From: Thermoplasmata archaeon
GTDB taxonomy: Archaea; Thermoplasmatota; Thermoplasmata; Lutacidiplasmatales; UBA184
Length of the DNA stretch: 64,000 nt
NCBI GenBank assembly: GCA_030038095.1
Contig: JASHPK010000035.1
Coordinates: forward strand, 26-64,025
Direction: 5' to 3'
A program made the position numbers and the translations under genes. Below, piece by piece: positions 48,752-59,633 of the stretch (positions are counted from its first letter, which is position 1; every line of letters starts with the position of its first letter). Under the pieces are notes generated by a model. The model worked only from the letters and a program-made list of their open reading frames with translations, ran no database searches and was not told where the DNA came from.

Positions 48752-49513
48752 CTAGACCGCGTTGACCGCGAACCCGAGGAGGAAGCCGATCGCGACCCCG
48801 AGATAGACGAGCCGCTGCTTCGTGTAGGTCGCTTCCGGCGGATCCGCGGGCCGGAGCGCGACGCGCAGCATCGGGAGCAGACAGTACAGAATCGCCCCGA
48901 TCGCGAGCGCGTCGAAGATGACGACGAGGAACGCGCTGTTGTAGAAGTATCCCGCGACCCCGCCGACGATCGTCGGGATTCCGCCGACGAGGAAGAACCC
49001 CGAGATGAGGCCAAGGCGGCGCTCGCTCTTCCCGAGAAGCGGAGAGGTGATCGGGAACCCTTCCGTGATGTTCTGCAGGAAGAACCCGACGAAGACGACG
49101 GTCGAAAGGGCAACCGCCCCGGCGGCCCAGGCCGCGCCGAAGACGAGCCCTTCGGTCAGATTCTGGAACCCGATCGCGATCGCGACGATGAGCGAGGTGG
49201 TGAGCGGCGTGAACGAGGTGCGGCTGGTCGGCCGGTGTTCGAGCAGGAACAGGAGGCCGAAGCACAGGGCCACCGCGAGGAAGAACGCGATCGCAAATCC
49301 GCCGTTGGCGACGTAGCCGCCGCTCGTGTAGATGATCGGGGAGACGTCGGAGAAGATGTCGGCGAGCAGGAAGACCAGGATCCCGATCGCCGCGGCGTTG
49401 AGCAGGGTCATCGTGCGCGACCGCGACGCCTTGAGCAGGATGACCGGCAAGGCGAGAAAGATCGAGAACCCCATGGCGAAGGAGAGCACCACGAGCTCGG
49501 CGAAGGTCGACAT
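48752..49513 (-). CDS. ZIP/GufA-family divalent metal transporter, copy 2
   Basis: IGFQNLTEG, FLQNITEGFPI; paralog of 5750-6553. Confidence 0.87.
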   Translation of the reverse strand: MSTFAELVVLSFAMGFSIFLALPVILLKASRSRTMTLLNAAAIGILVFLLADIFSDVSPIIYTSGGYVANGGFAIAFFLAVALCFGLLFLLEHRPTSRTSFTPLTTSLIVAIAIGFQNLTEGLVFGAAWAAGAVALSTVVFVGFFLQNITEGFPITSPLLGKSERRLGLISGFFLVGGIPTIVGGVAGYFYNSAFLVVIFDALAIGAILYCLLPMLRVALRPADPPEATYTKQRLVYLGVAIGFLLGFAVNAV

Positions 49514-49713
49514 GCGTCCTCGGAATCTCGGCGAGATAGAGTACTTAAGGCTCTCCGTTCACATCGAGACGTTGCTCGTCTCCCCGGTCCCCGGCGCCGC
49601 GGGACTCTCCGCACCGACACCTCGCCCATCCCGGCCGGCCGGCGGGAGCCCCGGACATCGCTCGCGCCCGGCGCTCTTAATAGGCCCTCCGTCTGCGCGG
49701 CCGAGGTCGCGCG

Positions 49714-50847
49714 ATGGTCAAGCTCGCCGAATGGCGCGGGAAGCAACTCTTCCGAAAGTACGGGATCCCTCTTCCGCGCGGTGAGGTGGCCCGGTCCGCG
49801 GACGAAGCGGAGTCGGCCGTCCGGTCGGGTGCGGTGCCCCTGCCCTGCGTCGTGAAGGCTCAGGTGCTTGCCGGGGGCCGGGGAAAGGGGGGGGCGGTTC
49901 GCTTCGCGAATTCGGCGGCGGAGGCGAAGGCGGCGGCGGAGGCCATCCTCGGCCTCGAGTTCAAGGGGGAGAGGGTGCGGGAACTTCTGCTCGAAGAGAA
50001 GCTTCCGATCTCGAAGGAACTCTACGTCTCGATCACGCTCGACCGGGCTCGGCGGCTCCCGATCCTGATGTCGAGCGCCCAGGGCGGAGTGGAGATCGAG
50101 TCGGTGGACGATTCCGCCATCGACCGGCAATCGGTCGACCCGTTTCCGGGTCTCACGGCCTACGAACGGCGCCGGGCGGCCGGGGCGCTCGGGCTCTCGG
50201 GCCCGGCCCGCGGGTCGCTCGACCGCCTCTTGGAGGGCCTGTGGAAGCTGTTCGTCGAGGAGGACGCGGAGCTGGTCGAGATCAATCCGCTCGCGATCGT
50301 GGGCGACGGGCTGGTGGCCCTCGATGCGAAGGTGATCATCGAGGACGACGCGGGGTTCCGACACCCGGAGTACGCCGAGATCCGCGACGATCGTACCCCC
50401 CTCGAGGAGATCGCCCGCGAGAAGGAGATCGCCTTCGTCCAGCTCGACGGCAACATCGGGGTGATCGCGAACGGCGCCGGTCTCACCATGGCCACGCTGG
50501 ACGTCCTCCAGGAGTTCGGCGGACGCCCCGGCGTGTTCCTCGATCTCGGAGGGACCGATGACCCGAAGAAGGTCACCGAGGCGTTCCTGTTGATGGCTCA
50601 GGCGCGTCCGAAGGCCGTCTTTCTGAACATCTTCGGGGGCGTCACGAAGTGTGACACCGTCGCGCGGGGGCTGGTCGAGGCGATGGCGAAGGTGCCGCCG
50701 ACCGACCGGTTCCCCCTGGTCGCCCGGATCCGGGGCAACAACGAGAAGGAAGGGGTCGAGATCCTCCGACAGGCCGGGATCATCTCGATCCCCACCCTAC
50801 GCGAGTCGGCGCAGGCGGCCGTCGCGGCCGCCGGGAGCGGGGCATGA
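49714..50847 (+). CDS. sucC: Succinyl-CoA synthetase beta subunit
   Basis: KAQVLAGGRGKGG, EINPL, ALDAK, NGAGLTMATLD, NIFGG. Confidence 0.95.
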   Translation: MVKLAEWRGKQLFRKYGIPLPRGEVARSADEAESAVRSGAVPLPCVVKAQVLAGGRGKGGAVRFANSAAEAKAAAEAILGLEFKGERVRELLLEEKLPISKELYVSITLDRARRLPILMSSAQGGVEIESVDDSAIDRQSVDPFPGLTAYERRRAAGALGLSGPARGSLDRLLEGLWKLFVEEDAELVEINPLAIVGDGLVALDAKVIIEDDAGFRHPEYAEIRDDRTPLEEIAREKEIAFVQLDGNIGVIANGAGLTMATLDVLQEFGGRPGVFLDLGGTDDPKKVTEAFLLMAQARPKAVFLNIFGGVTKCDTVARGLVEAMAKVPPTDRFPLVARIRGNNEKEGVEILRQAGIISIPTLRESAQAAVAAAGSGA

Positions 50848-51728
50848 GCGTCCTCGTCGACCGCGACACCCGGGTCGTCGTCCAGGGAATCACCGGTCAC
50901 CAGGGCACGACCCATGCCCGCCTGATGCGGGAATTCGGGACCTCGGTCGTCGCCGGGGTCACCCCGGGGAAAGGAGGGTCGTCGCTCGACGGCGTTCCGG
51001 TCTTCGACTCCGTCCAGGAGTCGGTCGATCGGACGGCGGCGAACGCCTCGTGCATCTTCGTGCCGGCGCCGTTCGCGAAGGACGCGGCGCTCGAGGCGAT
51101 CGATGCGGGGATCCGGCTCCTCGTCGTGGTCACCGAGCACATCCCGTTCCACGACATGCTGGTCATGTACCACTACGGCCGGGCGAAGGGCGCGCGGATC
51201 ATCGGGCCGAACTGTCCCGGGATCGCCTCCCCGGGCCGCGCGAAGGTTGGGATCATCCCGAACGTCGTCTTCCGTCCGGGCCGGGTCGGCGTGATCTCCC
51301 GCAGCGGCACGCTCACCTACGAGATCGTGAGCGGGATCAAGGACCACGGGCTCGGTCAGTCGACCTGCATCGGGCTCGGAGGCGACCCCGTCGTCGGCAC
51401 CTCGTTCGTCGATGCGCTGCCCCTGTTCGAGGCGGACCCCGATACGGACGTCCTCGTCATGGTCGGGGAGATCGGGGGGACCGCCGAGGAAGACGGGGCG
51501 GAGTACATCCAGAGCCACCTGTCCAAGCCGGTCGTCGCCTACATCGCGGGGCGGAGCGCGCCCGAGGGCAAACGCATGGGTCACGCCGGAGCGATCATCA
51601 GCCGGGGCAAGGGGACCGCCGCATCGAAGGTCGCCGCCCTCGAGCGAGCGGGCGCGAAGGTCGCGCGGTTCCCGTATGAGATCCCGGACCTCGTCGCGCA
51701 GGCGCTCTCGGAAGGCGCCGGCCGATGA
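50844..51728 (+). CDS. sucD: Succinyl-CoA synthetase alpha subunit
   Basis: [36 protein letters not shown] (phospho-His). Confidence 0.96.
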   Translation: MSVLVDRDTRVVVQGITGHQGTTHARLMREFGTSVVAGVTPGKGGSSLDGVPVFDSVQESVDRTAANASCIFVPAPFAKDAALEAIDAGIRLLVVVTEHIPFHDMLVMYHYGRAKGARIIGPNCPGIASPGRAKVGIIPNVVFRPGRVGVISRSGTLTYEIVSGIKDHGLGQSTCIGLGGDPVVGTSFVDALPLFEADPDTDVLVMVGEIGGTAEEDGAEYIQSHLSKPVVAYIAGRSAPEGKRMGHAGAIISRGKGTAASKVAALERAGAKVARFPYEIPDLVAQALSEGAGR

Positions 51729-51952
51729 CCCCGGACTCTCCCCGCCCTCGGGCCGACGACGCGGAGGAGGAGCCGTGCATCGTCCCGGGATGCGGCGCGC
51801 CTTCCGTGCGGCATCTGTCGCTCGCCGAGGCCCGGAAGGCGTTCGACCGACTTCCCGACAAGGGGCGGCGCGCTCCCCTCTGCCGGGACCATTACCGGGA
51901 GTGGAAGAAATCCACGAAAGAAGCCCGGAAGCTCAACCGGCTCGGCTGGTAA
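51725..51952 (+). CDS. Small Zn-finger-like protein
   Basis: CIVPGC..LCRDHY; ATGA overlap with the sucD stop. Confidence 0.7.
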   Translation: MTPDSPRPRADDAEEEPCIVPGCGAPSVRHLSLAEARKAFDRLPDKGRRAPLCRDHYREWKKSTKEARKLNRLGW

Positions 51953-52044
51953 ACCTGGCGGACCGATCGGTTCGTTCGTCCTCTCCGAGGTACGAGGGTA
52001 CCGCGGGACCCGACCTTATCTAGGGGCGGGGAGGTCGCCGGCCG

Positions 52045-54252
52045 ATGGCGGCCGAGAGCGACCACGCCTCGCCGGAAGGTTCCCGTCGGACGGGCCGGTG
52101 GTGGACCCGGGAACGGACGATCCTCGCCGGGATGGTCGTCGCCTTCGCGGCCCTTTCGTTCTATGCGGGGGTCGTGTCGTACATGAATCTCCAATCGGAC
52201 AACGCCACCGACCTCGGCATCTTCATGCAGGCGGTCTCGTCGACGGTCCGAGGGGGACATCCGGCGCCGTTCTTCGAGACCTACGACTGCCTTTCGAAGT
52301 TTCGATGCTCCTTCCTCCTCGTCCACCCGTCGCCGTTGCTGTACGGCGTGGTCCCGATCTACGCGATCCTCCCCAGTGCCTACACGCTGTTCGCGATCCA
52401 GTCCGTAGGGGTCGCCCTCGCCGCCCTCCCGCTGTACGGGCTGACGCGCCGCGCGACGGGGTCGGGCACGAAGGGCCTCGTGGCGGCGGGCCTCTACCTG
52501 GCCTGGGCCCCCACTCTCGGTGGGGAGGCGTTCTCCTTCCACATGGAGTCGTTCCTGCCGGTCACGCTACTCTCGGTCGCGTACTTCTGGCAGGTCCGCC
52601 GATATCGGCTCGGTCTCCTCGCGGCGCTCGCCGCCTTCCTGACGATCGAGGTCGCGCCGATCTTCACGTTCCTCATCGGCGTGTTCTTCCTGATCCCGTA
52701 CGCGGTGTCCGCCTTCCGTCTGTGGCGCGCGCGACGCAAGGATCCGGGCCCGAGCGGTTTCAGATCCTCGGTCCGCTACTGGGGAGGTAGGCTTCGCTCG
52801 ACCCTCGGACGCGTCGAAGTGCGCTACACGCTGCTCTTGCTCGGAATCTCCGTCGTCGCGTACGCGATCCTCTACCTTTTCATGAACGTCTTCGGGGCGA
52901 GGCTCCTCGGGGTGTCGCCGCCTCCGATCCCCCCGGGGCTCGGCGGGGTCTTCTTCAACAACAGCACGCCCGGAATCTCGCCCCTGACCACGACGCTCGC
53001 GAGCCCCCAGCTGGTGCTGACGCTCGAATTCTGGCTGATCCTCTTCGCGCTCGCAGGGTTCATTCCCCTCCTGGCGCCCCGCAGCCTCGTGGTCTCGATC
53101 CCTTGGGTCGGGTGGACCTTCCTCACGAACTCGAACCGCTTCACGACGATCGGTCACCAGTACACGCTGGTGGCCGCAGGGCCGATCTTTTTTGGAGTGG
53201 CGTACGGCCTGCGCCGGATCCCGATCGGGCGCGGGGGGCCGGCGCCCGCGGACTCCACCGCTCCGACCTTCGTCTCCCGTCCGGCCCGTCCGCGCCGAGC
53301 CCGCCGGAATTCGGTGATCGCGGCGGGGTTCGTGATCGCCCTCGTCGGAGCGAACGTGCTCTTCCTTCCCATCGACCCGGCCCTCTCGTCGCTCGGCGTA
53401 AATCTGGGGGCACCATTCGAACCGGGGTACCAGATGCACACGCTCCTCCTCCGTCCCGGGTTCTCGGACGTGGAGGAGCTGCTCTCCGAGATCCCCCACA
53501 ACGCGTCCGTGACCGCGCCCTACCAGGTCTTTCCGCTGATCGCGAACTTACCCTACGCCGTCGTCTTGATCTCGGGGGCCGACAAGGAGGACTTCAGCAC
53601 CCTCCCCGAGAACATCTCGAACAATCCCTCGTACGTGGTCCTCTACCCGAGCTTCTATCCCCTATGGCGGGGGCCGTTCAAGGGGAACGTTTCGGACCCT
53701 TCGATGTACGACGTCCGGGCCTACGTCACCTCGACGACCGTGGGACCCCTCTTCCTCTACGAGCGCGGCTACACCGGCCCGCCGACGCTGATCGGGTCCC
53801 CCTTTCCCCCGTACTCCGCCACGCTCCTGCCGGAGCACGGACTGACCGCCGGGGGGATCGGTGAAGTGCGGGCGAACGCCTCATCGCCCTCCGGCGAAGT
53901 GATCACGACCCGACCGCAAGCCCCAGCGATCGGGGAGCTCTGGCACGGCCCCGATACCACGCTCCCGGCGGGGAGCTACGATGTGACCGCGATGGTGAGC
54001 GCGACGTTCGTCGAGCCGAACGCTACGCATCGCTCCACGCTCCTGCGAATCGAGTCGAGCGGCCCGAGCTTCCAGAGCGAGAACGCGACGTTCCCGCCGT
54101 CCGACTTCGGAAACGGGACCTGGACGAACGTCTCGTTCGAGGTGTCCACCGCGGTGCCGATCCTGGACTTCACGATCTCGGGCTTCCTCGAGATCGCGTC
54201 GGTCGAGTTCGCGGTCGCCGAGGTCACGCTTACGCCCGTGACGGCCCCTTGA
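52045..54252 (+). CDS. DUF2079-like multi-TM membrane protein (putative GT-C glycosyltransferase) with extracellular C-terminal domain
   Basis: DLGIFMQ, FLLVHPSP, FSFHME, HQYT; many TM segments. Confidence 0.72.
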   Translation: MAAESDHASPEGSRRTGRWWTRERTILAGMVVAFAALSFYAGVVSYMNLQSDNATDLGIFMQAVSSTVRGGHPAPFFETYDCLSKFRCSFLLVHPSPLLYGVVPIYAILPSAYTLFAIQSVGVALAALPLYGLTRRATGSGTKGLVAAGLYLAWAPTLGGEAFSFHMESFLPVTLLSVAYFWQVRRYRLGLLAALAAFLTIEVAPIFTFLIGVFFLIPYAVSAFRLWRARRKDPGPSGFRSSVRYWGGRLRSTLGRVEVRYTLLLLGISVVAYAILYLFMNVFGARLLGVSPPPIPPGLGGVFFNNSTPGISPLTTTLASPQLVLTLEFWLILFALAGFIPLLAPRSLVVSIPWVGWTFLTNSNRFTTIGHQYTLVAAGPIFFGVAYGLRRIPIGRGGPAPADSTAPTFVSRPARPRRARRNSVIAAGFVIALVGANVLFLPIDPALSSLGVNLGAPFEPGYQMHTLLLRPGFSDVEELLSEIPHNASVTAPYQVFPLIANLPYAVVLISGADKEDFSTLPENISNNPSYVVLYPSFYPLWRGPFKGNVSDPSMYDVRAYVTSTTVGPLFLYERGYTGPPTLIGSPFPPYSATLLPEHGLTAGGIGEVRANASSPSGEVITTRPQAPAIGELWHGPDTTLPAGSYDVTAMVSATFVEPNATHRSTLLRIESSGPSFQSENATFPPSDFGNGTWTNVSFEVSTAVPILDFTISGFLEIASVEFAVAEVTLTPVTAP

Positions 54253-54338
54253 CGAACGCCGCGGGCGCAGCCCACGCGGCGCGGGAGTCCCCGAAGCGAG
54301 GGAACGGGTTCGAATCGGGGGCCGAGTGGGCTCCCCGA

Positions 54339-54446
54339 TCACTGCTTGCGCATCTTCTGGGCCCTCATGCGGCGGCGCATCCGCTTCTTGCGCCACTTCC
54401 AGCGCATGTGGCCGCGCTTCTTCCAGACCCGTGAGGAACGTTTCAT
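54339..54446 (-). CDS. rpl41e: Ribosomal protein eL41 (L41e)
   Basis: Manual translation MKRSSRVWKKRGHMRWKWRKKRMRRRMRAQKMRKQ; TTTTAAA TATA-like at about 54483-54489. Confidence 0.9.
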   Translation of the reverse strand: MKRSSRVWKKRGHMRWKWRKKRMRRRMRAQKMRKQ

Positions 54447-54565
54447 CCCGGAGCGACTCGGACGCGCTGGGAGGGGCGACCGTTTAAAAGGGTTGCCGCC
54501 GAAGCCGCCGGGCTCGGCGTTCGCGGACCCCCCGGGCTTATCCCTCGGGCCGGGTTCGAGCCGGC

Positions 54566-54982
54566 GTGCTGACGGTCTCCGACCTCGAGATCAACGTCCT
54601 CGAGTTCCGCCAGCGCTCGTTCAGCTTCGACCACGTCGCGTCAGTGGAGGGGGCGGAGTACGCCATCTTCGCGCGCACCGAAACCGAGAGCGAGAGCCAG
54701 TTCCGGCCCCGACTGGTCCATCTGCGGCTCGTCGCACCGCTCCCGTGGATCGTCTACGACGAGGCGAACGACATCCTCCTGCTCGCGAAGGACGGCGCGA
54801 CCGTGCCGGTCCGCCTGACCGAACCCGTGGTGGAGGTGGGCGCCGAGCCCACGGAGTTCCACGAGCAGGGAATCGCCTGGCGACGGACCCCCGGACCCTC
54901 GGGAACCCTGGTCTACGCTCCCGAAGAGCGCGTCGCGACGCTGCTCAGTGCGAAGGGGTGGGCGGCGCTCGGGATCGCCTAG
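54566..54982 (+). CDS. Hypothetical protein
   Basis: 138 aa, protein-like composition. Confidence 0.7.
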   Translation: MLTVSDLEINVLEFRQRSFSFDHVASVEGAEYAIFARTETESESQFRPRLVHLRLVAPLPWIVYDEANDILLLAKDGATVPVRLTEPVVEVGAEPTEFHEQGIAWRRTPGPSGTLVYAPEERVATLLSAKGWAALGIA

Positions 54983-55003
54983 GAGCGGCCGGATCGGCCC
55001 CGC

Positions 55004-55777
55004 CTATCCCGGCGACGGGCGCATCACCCGCTCGACCGCGGCGGCGACGACCCCGCCGAGGATCGGGGCGACCCAGAAGATCCAGTCCTGTTGGATCGCC
55101 CAACCGTTGTTGGAGTAGTTGACGGCGGCGCTCAGGATCGCCGGGGCGAAGCTGCGCGCGGGGTTGATGGAGGCCCCGTCGAGCGGGATGGCGACCAGGT
55201 TCGTCATGAGCAGGGTCAGTCCGATCCCGATCGGAGCGAGGTTCTTCGCAAAACCCTCCGAGCGGGTCGCGAACAGGATCACGAGCACGAGGAAGAACGT
55301 GAACGTGACCTCGAGCAGGAACACCGAGCTCGCCGCCATCGTGTACGGAGACCCGTTGCCGGAGTAGCCCTGCGACGCGAGCGCGGCGCCGTGGGCGCCC
55401 GCCACCGAGGTCCAGAGCGAGGTGGATCCGTGGGCGATCGCGGCGAGGAGACCGACGGCCACGATCCCCCCCAGGACCTGGGCGACGATGTACGGAACGA
55501 CGTCCCGCGCCTTGGTGCGGCCGGCGAGCCACATCGCGACCGTCACCGCGGGATTGAGGTGGGCTCCCGAGACGTCCCCAAACGCGTAGACCATCCCGAT
55601 CACGCCCGCGCCGAGCGCGGTGGCGATCAGGAGCACGCGCGCGTCCGGGTCGAACACCCCCGGACCGAACGGGTTCGCCAGGTTCAGGCTGAATAGCGCC
55701 GCGCCCGTCACCGAGAGCAGGAGGCCGAATGTGCCGAGAAACTCCGCGAGATATCGCTGGCCCGATGTCCACGTCAT
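55004..55777 (-). CDS. Aquaporin (MIP family)
   Basis: AEFLGTF, SGAHLNPAVT, SINPARSFAPA, WVAPILG. Confidence 0.95.
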   Translation of the reverse strand: MTWTSGQRYLAEFLGTFGLLLSVTGAALFSLNLANPFGPGVFDPDARVLLIATALGAGVIGMVYAFGDVSGAHLNPAVTVAMWLAGRTKARDVVPYIVAQVLGGIVAVGLLAAIAHGSTSLWTSVAGAHGAALASQGYSGNGSPYTMAASSVFLLEVTFTFFLVLVILFATRSEGFAKNLAPIGIGLTLLMTNLVAIPLDGASINPARSFAPAILSAAVNYSNNGWAIQQDWIFWVAPILGGVVAAAVERVMRPSPG

Positions 55778-55919
55778 CGGCCGGCGACCAGCCCTCGGGG
55801 TGTTAATGCTTCCGGTCGAGGGGCGCGGAGTCTCCTGGGACCCCACCGCCACGGTCCATCCGTCTCCGGTCGATGGGCAGCAGAGTTCAAGCGCACTCCG
55901 GGCTCAGGACTCGAGAGCG

Positions 55920-56459
55920 ATGAACGGATCCCCGAACCGTACGGGTCCCCCGCCGGAGAGCCCGCCGGCCTCCGGCCTCATGGTCCGGTACGGGAAGTTT
56001 CTCATCGTCGGACTGACCGGCGTCGTCGTGAACCTGATCGTCTTCGTCCTGGTCCTCGACGCGATCCACCCCGGGGACCTCGCCGCGCTCATCGCGCTCA
56101 GCACCCGTCTCAAGGGCGGAGCCCAGTTCGCCGCCCTCGATCTGATCGCCGCGAGCTGCGGAGCGTTCGTGGTCGCGACGCTCTGGAACTTCACCCTGAA
56201 CAACCGGTGGACGTTCCGCTCGAGGATCGGGCACCGCCACCCGGTCGGGCGGCGGATGCAGTTCTACTACCTCGTCTCCCTCGGGTCGCTCGCCGTGAAC
56301 GAGGTCGTGCTCTACGTGCTCGATCCACACTTCGCGCCGATCGCCGCGCAGGGGGTCGGGATCATCGCCGGCAGCGTGGTGGGGTTCGTCGGCAACCAGG
56401 AGATCACCTTCCGCGAGGCGATCCCGCTCGCGCCCCCCAAGGGTCCGGCCGACGGCTAG
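55920..56459 (+). CDS. GtrA-family membrane protein
   Basis: KFLIVGLTGVVVN, WNFTLNNRWTF, four TM segments. Confidence 0.85.
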   Translation: MNGSPNRTGPPPESPPASGLMVRYGKFLIVGLTGVVVNLIVFVLVLDAIHPGDLAALIALSTRLKGGAQFAALDLIAASCGAFVVATLWNFTLNNRWTFRSRIGHRHPVGRRMQFYYLVSLGSLAVNEVVLYVLDPHFAPIAAQGVGIIAGSVVGFVGNQEITFREAIPLAPPKGPADG

Positions 56460-57595
56460 AGGATCTCCATCTCGGTGAGCTTCTCGGGCAGGTAGTGCTC
56501 CGTGACGTAGTTGAGGCCGTACTTCGCGAGCGACTGCTGCTCGGCCTTCTTGCCGTTCTTCAGCATCAGCTCGATCTCGCTCCGCCACTCCGCGGTCCCG
56601 AACCTCGGGTCGGTCAGCTCGGCCTGGAGCGCCCGGACGTCCTGCTCGGAGAGCTGGTCGGAGGGGAGCTCGTAGTTCTCGATATCGGAGGCCGTGACGC
56701 CGAGGAACTCGGCGGAGGGAGTCGCGAGATAGTTCGAGAGGTGCGCGGTCTTGATCGCCCCGTAGGCGACGCTCGCGTAGATCCGGAACGACCAGGGGTC
56801 CCCGTCGGTGAAGACGACGACGGGCAGCTGGAGCTCCTCCGTGAGCCGCTTCAAGAAGCGGCGCGTCGAGCGGGCGGGCTGGCCCTTCAGATGCACGAGG
56901 ATCGCATCGTGCTCCTCGTCGAAACGGTTCTCGGCGAGACGGTCGACCATCCCGCCGCACTCGATCGCGATCACGAACTTCGCGTTCGAGCCGACGAACT
57001 CGATCTTCTCCTTCTCGACGTTGAACGGCAGGGAGTAGCCCCCGTCGCCGACGTCGTCCTTGCAGTTGATCTTCTTGACGATCCCCTGCCGGTTCCGCTC
57101 CTTGATCGTGAGGTCCCCGATCACCGACGCGCCGTTCTCCTCGGGGTGGAGGCGGAAGTCCTCGCGCAGGCGCGTGCACATGACCTCGAGGTCCTCGATC
57201 AGGAGGTTCGACTCGTCCTCGCTGTGGAACTTCGCGTCCTCCCACGCCTCGCTGATGTAGTAGAGCTCCCGGAGGGTCGACGTCTTGCGGTCCCGGGCCA
57301 TCTCGTTGATGAAATCGACGAGGTAGAACGTGCGGAGCAGCATGAGCGCGCCGTCGAGCTTGCGGGCGCTGCGGGTGCCCATCGCCTTCCCGAGCCGCCA
57401 GACCCCCTCGCGCATCTGGAAGGAGAGGTTCTGCTTGGTCCGCAGCGGCAGGCGCATCCGCGGGATCTCGCCGCGGTCGAGCTGGTCGTAGATCTGCTCG
57501 GCGAGCTCGAGGGTCGGGGCGAGCGCGTCCGCTCGGACCTTCGGGAGATCGGCGTCACTCTTCGTCGCTGACGTGCGCGCTCGCTTCGGCGGCAT
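56456..57595 (-). CDS. top6A: DNA topoisomerase VI subunit A
   Basis: STLRELYY (catalytic Tyr), [29 protein letters not shown]. Confidence 0.96.
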   Translation of the reverse strand: MPPKRARTSATKSDADLPKVRADALAPTLELAEQIYDQLDRGEIPRMRLPLRTKQNLSFQMREGVWRLGKAMGTRSARKLDGALMLLRTFYLVDFINEMARDRKTSTLRELYYISEAWEDAKFHSEDESNLLIEDLEVMCTRLREDFRLHPEENGASVIGDLTIKERNRQGIVKKINCKDDVGDGGYSLPFNVEKEKIEFVGSNAKFVIAIECGGMVDRLAENRFDEEHDAILVHLKGQPARSTRRFLKRLTEELQLPVVVFTDGDPWSFRIYASVAYGAIKTAHLSNYLATPSAEFLGVTASDIENYELPSDQLSEQDVRALQAELTDPRFGTAEWRSEIELMLKNGKKAEQQSLAKYGLNYVTEHYLPEKLTEMEIL

Positions 57596-59576
57596 CGTAG
57601 TCCACCTCCTCCTCGCCGGCCCCTTCCTGAGCCGCCTCCTGGGCCGCCATCTCGGCAGCCTCGACGATCGTCCTCGGGAGCCGGACGTCCCAGTCGCCGG
57701 GCAACGGGTCCGCCCCCAGCACGTGCGCCTCATCGATCCCGGCGATGTACCAGTCGAAGTCGCTCGCGTCGACGTCGCTCTTCGCCGGGAAGGCGACCTC
57801 GAGCTTCGTGCGGCCGTTCGGCGCGAGCTTCGGGAGGGTCCACCAGGCGCGTCCGAGCTCGGGCTCGGTCCCCTCGGGGGCGGGCTCGAAGGCGGCGAGG
57901 GCCATCACGTCCGGCGGGATCTCCACGAACAGCTCGAGGACCCGGGCCCGGGGCGTGAAGTTCGTGACCTCGACGGGAACGCGGACCGCCTTCGGCTCCG
58001 CGATCACCTGCGTCTCGACGTTCACGACGTCCATGATGCGCGTGATCACGGCGGTGAGGTCGGGGGACGGCTTGCCGACCAGGTGGCTCGTCTTCTCGGC
58101 GAGCTTCGGGAGGATCCGGCGGATGATCGTGAACTTCTCGTTCGCGAAGTCCCGCCGGCTCCGGCGCGAGAGGTGGGTGCGCAGGTGCCGGGCCGCCGCC
58201 TGGAGCGCCAGCGTCAGCTCCTTGTCGATCTCGGGGTCCTCCGCGATCGCCTCCTTCGCCTCGCTCGTGAACGGGATCTTCGTCGACGCGACGTGTACGA
58301 GGATGAGGGCCGGTCCGCTCGGTACTCCCGAGCCGCCCTTCTGGTCGAGCCCGTAGCGGCGCCAGTCGAGGTTGGAGATCGCGTTCGTGATCGCGCAGGC
58401 CCCCTGCTGGAACAGGAGCGGCACGCGGTTGGCGAAGCGGAGGATCTGCACCGGCTGATCCGGTGGAAGGCCGCCGCCGTAGACCAGGCCGACCTCGACC
58501 ATGAACGGGAAGCCACCGCGCACCTTCGGCGGCCGGCTCACCGGGGGTGCGAAGAACTCGGGTTTGAGCTCCCCGAGGACATTGCGCAGCCCGCGCTTGA
58601 TGAGCATCGACCCGATCGGAGAGAGGCAGTCGGGGGAAGGCGCGACGAGCGGAACCTCGTGCAGGGCGGTGAGCAGTCGCTCCTGGCGCTCCCCCTGGAT
58701 CGAGGCGGGAGGTTCGTTCGCGCGGAACGAACCTCGGGTCAACACGTCCTTGACGGCGCGCTGGCTGACGCCCTGGAGGTCCTTCGCGAGGAACTCGGCG
58801 AGGGTCGCTCGCTTCGTCCCCTTGAGGAGGTATCCGAGCTCCCCGAGTTCGAGACCGTACGGATGGGGGAGCGTCTCCTTCGACGCCGGAGGCAGGTCGG
58901 TGGAGGCCCGCTCGAAGGTGACCCGGGTCCCGTCCGGCTCCACGAGGACGATGCGGGCGTGGGGATTGACGATCGCCGTGCCCCGAAGGTAGTCGAGCGG
59001 CGACTGACGGCCCCGCGTGTACCGGGCCTTGAGGACCAGCTCGACGCGCGTGCCGTGCGGGCGGTCCCACAGGTCGAGGCCCTCCGAGACGACCTTCGGG
59101 AGGTTCTTCTGCGTATCGATGACGAGCTCGAGGACGTGCGCGGCCTCCTCCTCCTCGACCTTCGACGTGATGCGAGCGGGCCGGGCCGTCGTGAGGTTGG
59201 CGTAGAGCACCGCCGCCGAGATCCCGATCCCCTGCTGTCCCCGGGCCTGGCGGTTCGAGTGGAAGCGGGAGCCGTAGAGCAGCCGGGCGAAGACGTTCGG
59301 GATCTCCTTGCGCAGGATCCCCGGACCGTTGTCGGTCACGGCGACCCCGATCCGGTCCTCGCTCTCCTTCGAGATCTCGACCAGGACGTCGGGGAGGATC
59401 GACGCCTCCTCGCAGGCGTCGACGCTGTTGTCCACCCCCTCCTTGACCGTGGTCAGGAGGGCACGCTGGAGATTATCGAACCCGAGGATCTGGCGATTCC
59501 GCTCGAAGAACTCCGCGACCGAGATCTCGCGCTGCTTCGCCGCGAGCTGCTGGGCGATGGTCTGGGGTGGGGTCAC
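57555..59576 (-). CDS. top6B: DNA topoisomerase VI subunit B
   Basis: [51 protein letters not shown]. Confidence 0.96.
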   Translation of the reverse strand: MTPPQTIAQQLAAKQREISVAEFFERNRQILGFDNLQRALLTTVKEGVDNSVDACEEASILPDVLVEISKESEDRIGVAVTDNGPGILRKEIPNVFARLLYGSRFHSNRQARGQQGIGISAAVLYANLTTARPARITSKVEEEEAAHVLELVIDTQKNLPKVVSEGLDLWDRPHGTRVELVLKARYTRGRQSPLDYLRGTAIVNPHARIVLVEPDGTRVTFERASTDLPPASKETLPHPYGLELGELGYLLKGTKRATLAEFLAKDLQGVSQRAVKDVLTRGSFRANEPPASIQGERQERLLTALHEVPLVAPSPDCLSPIGSMLIKRGLRNVLGELKPEFFAPPVSRPPKVRGGFPFMVEVGLVYGGGLPPDQPVQILRFANRVPLLFQQGACAITNAISNLDWRRYGLDQKGGSGVPSGPALILVHVASTKIPFTSEAKEAIAEDPEIDKELTLALQAAARHLRTHLSRRSRRDFANEKFTIIRRILPKLAEKTSHLVGKPSPDLTAVITRIMDVVNVETQVIAEPKAVRVPVEVTNFTPRARVLELFVEIPPDVMALAAFEPAPEGTEPELGRAWWTLPKLAPNGRTKLEVAFPAKSDVDASDFDWYIAGIDEAHVLGADPLPGDWDVRLPRTIVEAAEMAAQEAAQEGAGEEEVDYDAAEASAHVSDEE

Positions 59577-59633
59577 CGGACGGGACCGGGACGCCGCGCG
59601 CTATAAACGGCGCGCTCGAACCGAACGGTGGGA

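Noticed and set aside
54305..54320. GGGTTCGAATC resembling a tRNA T-loop or split-tRNA half
   Set aside because: Flanks do not form a T-stem or acceptor strand; it adjoins the hairpin downstream of rpl41e.
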